Assembly (NCBI GenBank): GCA_964035545.1
Contig: OZ037770.1
Location: forward strand, 15,180,642 to 15,244,641
DNA: 64,000 nt
Origin: Bugula neritina
Lineage: Eukaryota; Animalia; Bryozoa
Direction: 5' to 3'
Positions within the stretch are counted from its first letter, which is position 1; each line of letters begins with the position of its first letter. The translations under genes were made by a program, and so were the position numbers. Under the pieces are notes generated by a model, which worked only from the letters and a program-made list of their open reading frames with translations, had not been told where the DNA came from and did not search any database. Below are positions 63,101 to 64,000 of this stretch, piece by piece.

Positions 63101-64000
63101 CAAATATTAGTCCTAAAGTCTTTCTCAAGTAGTTCAATTACACAAATTACCTACAACATATGACTTAGATTTACCATTCTAGCATCTACTTCTAAATCAT
63201 CTTCATCTAGTTTTCTCTTTCTTTTCCTAGAATAAAAATCTTTTGGTTCCATGATGATTTCAGCCGTGTTCTCATTCTCAGCCAGCCATCCTGCAATCTT
63301 TTTGATAGCTGTGCCTCGGGCAGTGTACTCGTTAGCTTCATCTACAATTCATAATCGCGATTCAGAAAAGATTTTCTAGCTGCATTTTATATTTTATAGC
63401 TGAAGTATTTGGAATTTAGTGGATTAATACAATTTAACTAGTACTACTACTACTGCTTAAATGTCCATCTTGTATGTCATATCATTACAATAAGAAACTT
63501 TGATATTGAAGAGGTATTAAAATTTGAAAGATATTATATGCATGAGTTGTTCAGCCAGAAACTCACATTTCTCCAGAAACTGGTACAGCTTTTCTTGATC
63601 TTCAAAGCTCAGATCTTGGCCTGAACATAAAGTTATGTATTTGTTATGCTAATGTTTTAATGACATGCCATTTATATATGCTGTTTTGTCATAATAATAG
63701 TATCTAGATGCTAATTCTGCTATACCCAATATAAATTCAAACAGTCTATGACAGGAATTTGATAAAAATACTAACACAATTTTCTATGCAGCTGTAAAGC
63801 TGCTGTTGTTGCACCAATCATGCATTGATTTCAATTCTAGAAAGTTGCACAGCTTCAATGCAAGGAAAACGAATGACAAGGTCTTCTCACGTAGAGAAAA
63901 TCATGACTCATCAAACAGGTCATCAGTAATATTGGTGCAACAAAGTTTAAAAAAGTTCCAAATTTTATGGCAATACTCACAAGGCCACACCAGGACACTC
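54142..64000 (-). CDS. 3' part of a second ROCO-caspase fusion gene (paralogue A) with intact caspase catalytic residues; 5' part lies beyond the window
   Basis: Exons (64000)-63981 (SVLVWP, homologous to the COR end ASFIHP of paralogue B), 63620-63567, 63341-63175, 63081-62914 (PRGRALIISN...RVGSEVD), 62213-61988 (LMSHG...KPKVVIIQSCSG), 60945 to about 60800 (donor uncertain), 60573-60479 (DLLMIKASQPG), 60020-59911 (GYVAFR...GSWLI), 54288-54142 (QIPEIRCRLT...TAG). Intron positions and phases match paralogue B. Confidence 0.85.
54341..54788. repeat. About 32-bp minisatellite (CTAGCAGGTTGTTATTAGTATGATGAATGGCA)n
   Basis: About 14 tandem copies in the last intron of paralogue A. Confidence 0.9.
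54789..55137. mobile_element. MITE with about 75-bp TIRs inserted into a minisatellite
   Basis: TAAGCCTAGGGCCACACTGTGCGTATTTTCGCATGCGAAAATT.../...AATTTTCGCATGCGAAAATACGCACAGTGTGGCCCTAGGCTTA. TA (or TAA/TTA) flanks. The minisatellite resumes after it. Confidence 0.85.
55419..55956 (+). repeat. 5' LTR
   Basis: Direct repeat of 59208-59745; TG...CA ends; TATAAA near 55739 and AATAAA near 55826. Confidence 0.95.
56053..59148 (+). CDS. Gag-protease-integrase polyprotein of the Gmr1-type retrotransposon (no RT domain)
   Basis: 1031-aa ORF: SCAN-like Gag region, two CCHC knuckles (CFICKDKSHIARNC, CSHCKMNNHNTSDC), aspartic protease RDTGC, integrase HHCC (HDCTMSGHLG...CQSCDIC), DDE (IDLVG, SDQGTQF, NGLVEKFN) and GPF motif. 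No YxDD motif. Confidence 0.93.
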   Translation: MALLERVTQMGKDLGLVDDKLIAFVEKNLPIFAAQEEKEKDREEKEKDREERRLEREAERIRQENEKALMEMKIKADQEAEERRQRHELNMEKLKADTSLEHSRHESTRLEIANKPKPKIPFFDEKVDEMDSYLERFEWVAEGCNWDKGDWPYHLSQYLRGTATEAYIRLSPTDRRDYKKVKEALLERFNLTQEGYRKKLREAEAYEDETPAQLFTRIESYVHKWVELSGGMDIAKLVATEQFISSCPDDLAVHLKQSSYNSSEDMCDAASLFLHARGRKLAKTKKTNTKRMENTPAGSMNAEQGSKSDGACFICKDKSHIARNCPRRGKKYCSHCKMNNHNTSDCRKYGGRSVHAAAAIGTTQNKTVVIDPGISSKVEEPTEIIVNGKKFVNAAVCKNGPKFKDGGTAIFDAEVNGQRATVMRDTGCGCIVVNAKYVQPQHLTGESVYLNMADASVREAQWALISVRSPFYNGVVKAAVMDKTICDLLIGNVDGARSADQPLENWKDCAVTTRAQAVKEKSGDKPLMIDSNANPLSIGKDEIARLQRDDPTLERFFDAKEVKEKKGCTTRFVVRNKILYREYTDSESASVKPVKQLMVPSSLRKEVLQKAHDCTMSGHLGVKKTTDRVLSNFFWPGLNGDVVRFCQSCDICQKTVKKGSIMKVPVQETPLIDTPFKRCAIDLVGPINPPSEKGHRYILTLVDYATRYPEATPLKNIDSATVAEALLDIYSRVGIPEEVISDQGTQFISDYMKEFTRLLDMRQLPTSPYHAMANGLVEKFNGTLKSMLKKLCAKEPRQWHRFINAALFAYREVPQESTGFAPFELLYGRTVRGPMYILRQLWTKEDTADEVKTCYQHVFELRERLDDMMEMALASLKDSQKRYKHYFDKKAKQRDFKPGDKVLILLPTDGNKLLMHWQGPFNIEEKVRLNDYIINIRGKRRTYHANMLKKYFERETPTDSMTAGAVRTLDAAGAGIIDHDKEREESQDDLLDLYSKKQQNDEMGYVFTELQNQGGVNQRKGQCWSRLSKPN
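59208..59745 (+). repeat. 3' LTR
   Basis: Direct repeat of 55419-55956; followed by TSD GTTAC. Confidence 0.95.
60248..60430. mobile_element. Truncated copy of the 19963-20352 MITE family
   Basis: Colinear similarity to 19963-20147 (TAATTTAGTACACA, TTTTTAGCTATTT, CAAAACTAGTAAAA, CAATAAATACACCTA, CCTAATTATTCAGCTACTTTT). Confidence 0.75.

Noticed and set aside
63806-63943. 13-bp inverted repeat TTGTTGCACCAAT/ATTGGTGCAACAA as a mini-MITE
   Set aside because: No clear TSD; could be the ends of two separate degraded elements.
43700-64000. A single giant caspase-LRR-ROC-COR-caspase gene
   Set aside because: The upstream caspase has its own terminal exon and stop (54142) and is itself preceded by COR-end and linker exons homologous to paralogue B. 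An in-frame TGA precedes the ATG at 52984.

Overview
AT-rich, intron-rich eukaryotic (invertebrate animal-like) genomic DNA; the taxon cannot be fixed from the sequence. By manual GT-AG splicing I reconstruct seven protein-coding genes and several mobile elements. The genes are two tandem C1GALT1-like (T-synthase) paralogues (+), porcupine/PORCN (+), an SLC6 glycine/amino-acid transporter (-), RABL6 (-), and two tandem minus-strand paralogues that fuse an MFHAS1/MASL1-type ROCO module to a complete C-terminal caspase domain. The downstream paralogue (43700-52984) is fully visible as LRR-ROC-COR-caspase and is a pseudo-caspase: catalytic His and Cys and the small-subunit S1 Arg are lost. The upstream paralogue (54142 to beyond 64000) shows only the last COR residues and the caspase, and keeps the catalytic dyad and Asp-binding pocket. 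This active/inactive ROCO-caspase pair is the most novel element of the window. The last intron of the upstream paralogue holds a young Gmr1-type Ty3/gypsy LTR element lacking RT/RNase H. Several MITEs are present. Many intronic tandem repeats are seeded exactly at splice junctions. All exon coordinates were derived by eye and need RNA-seq confirmation.
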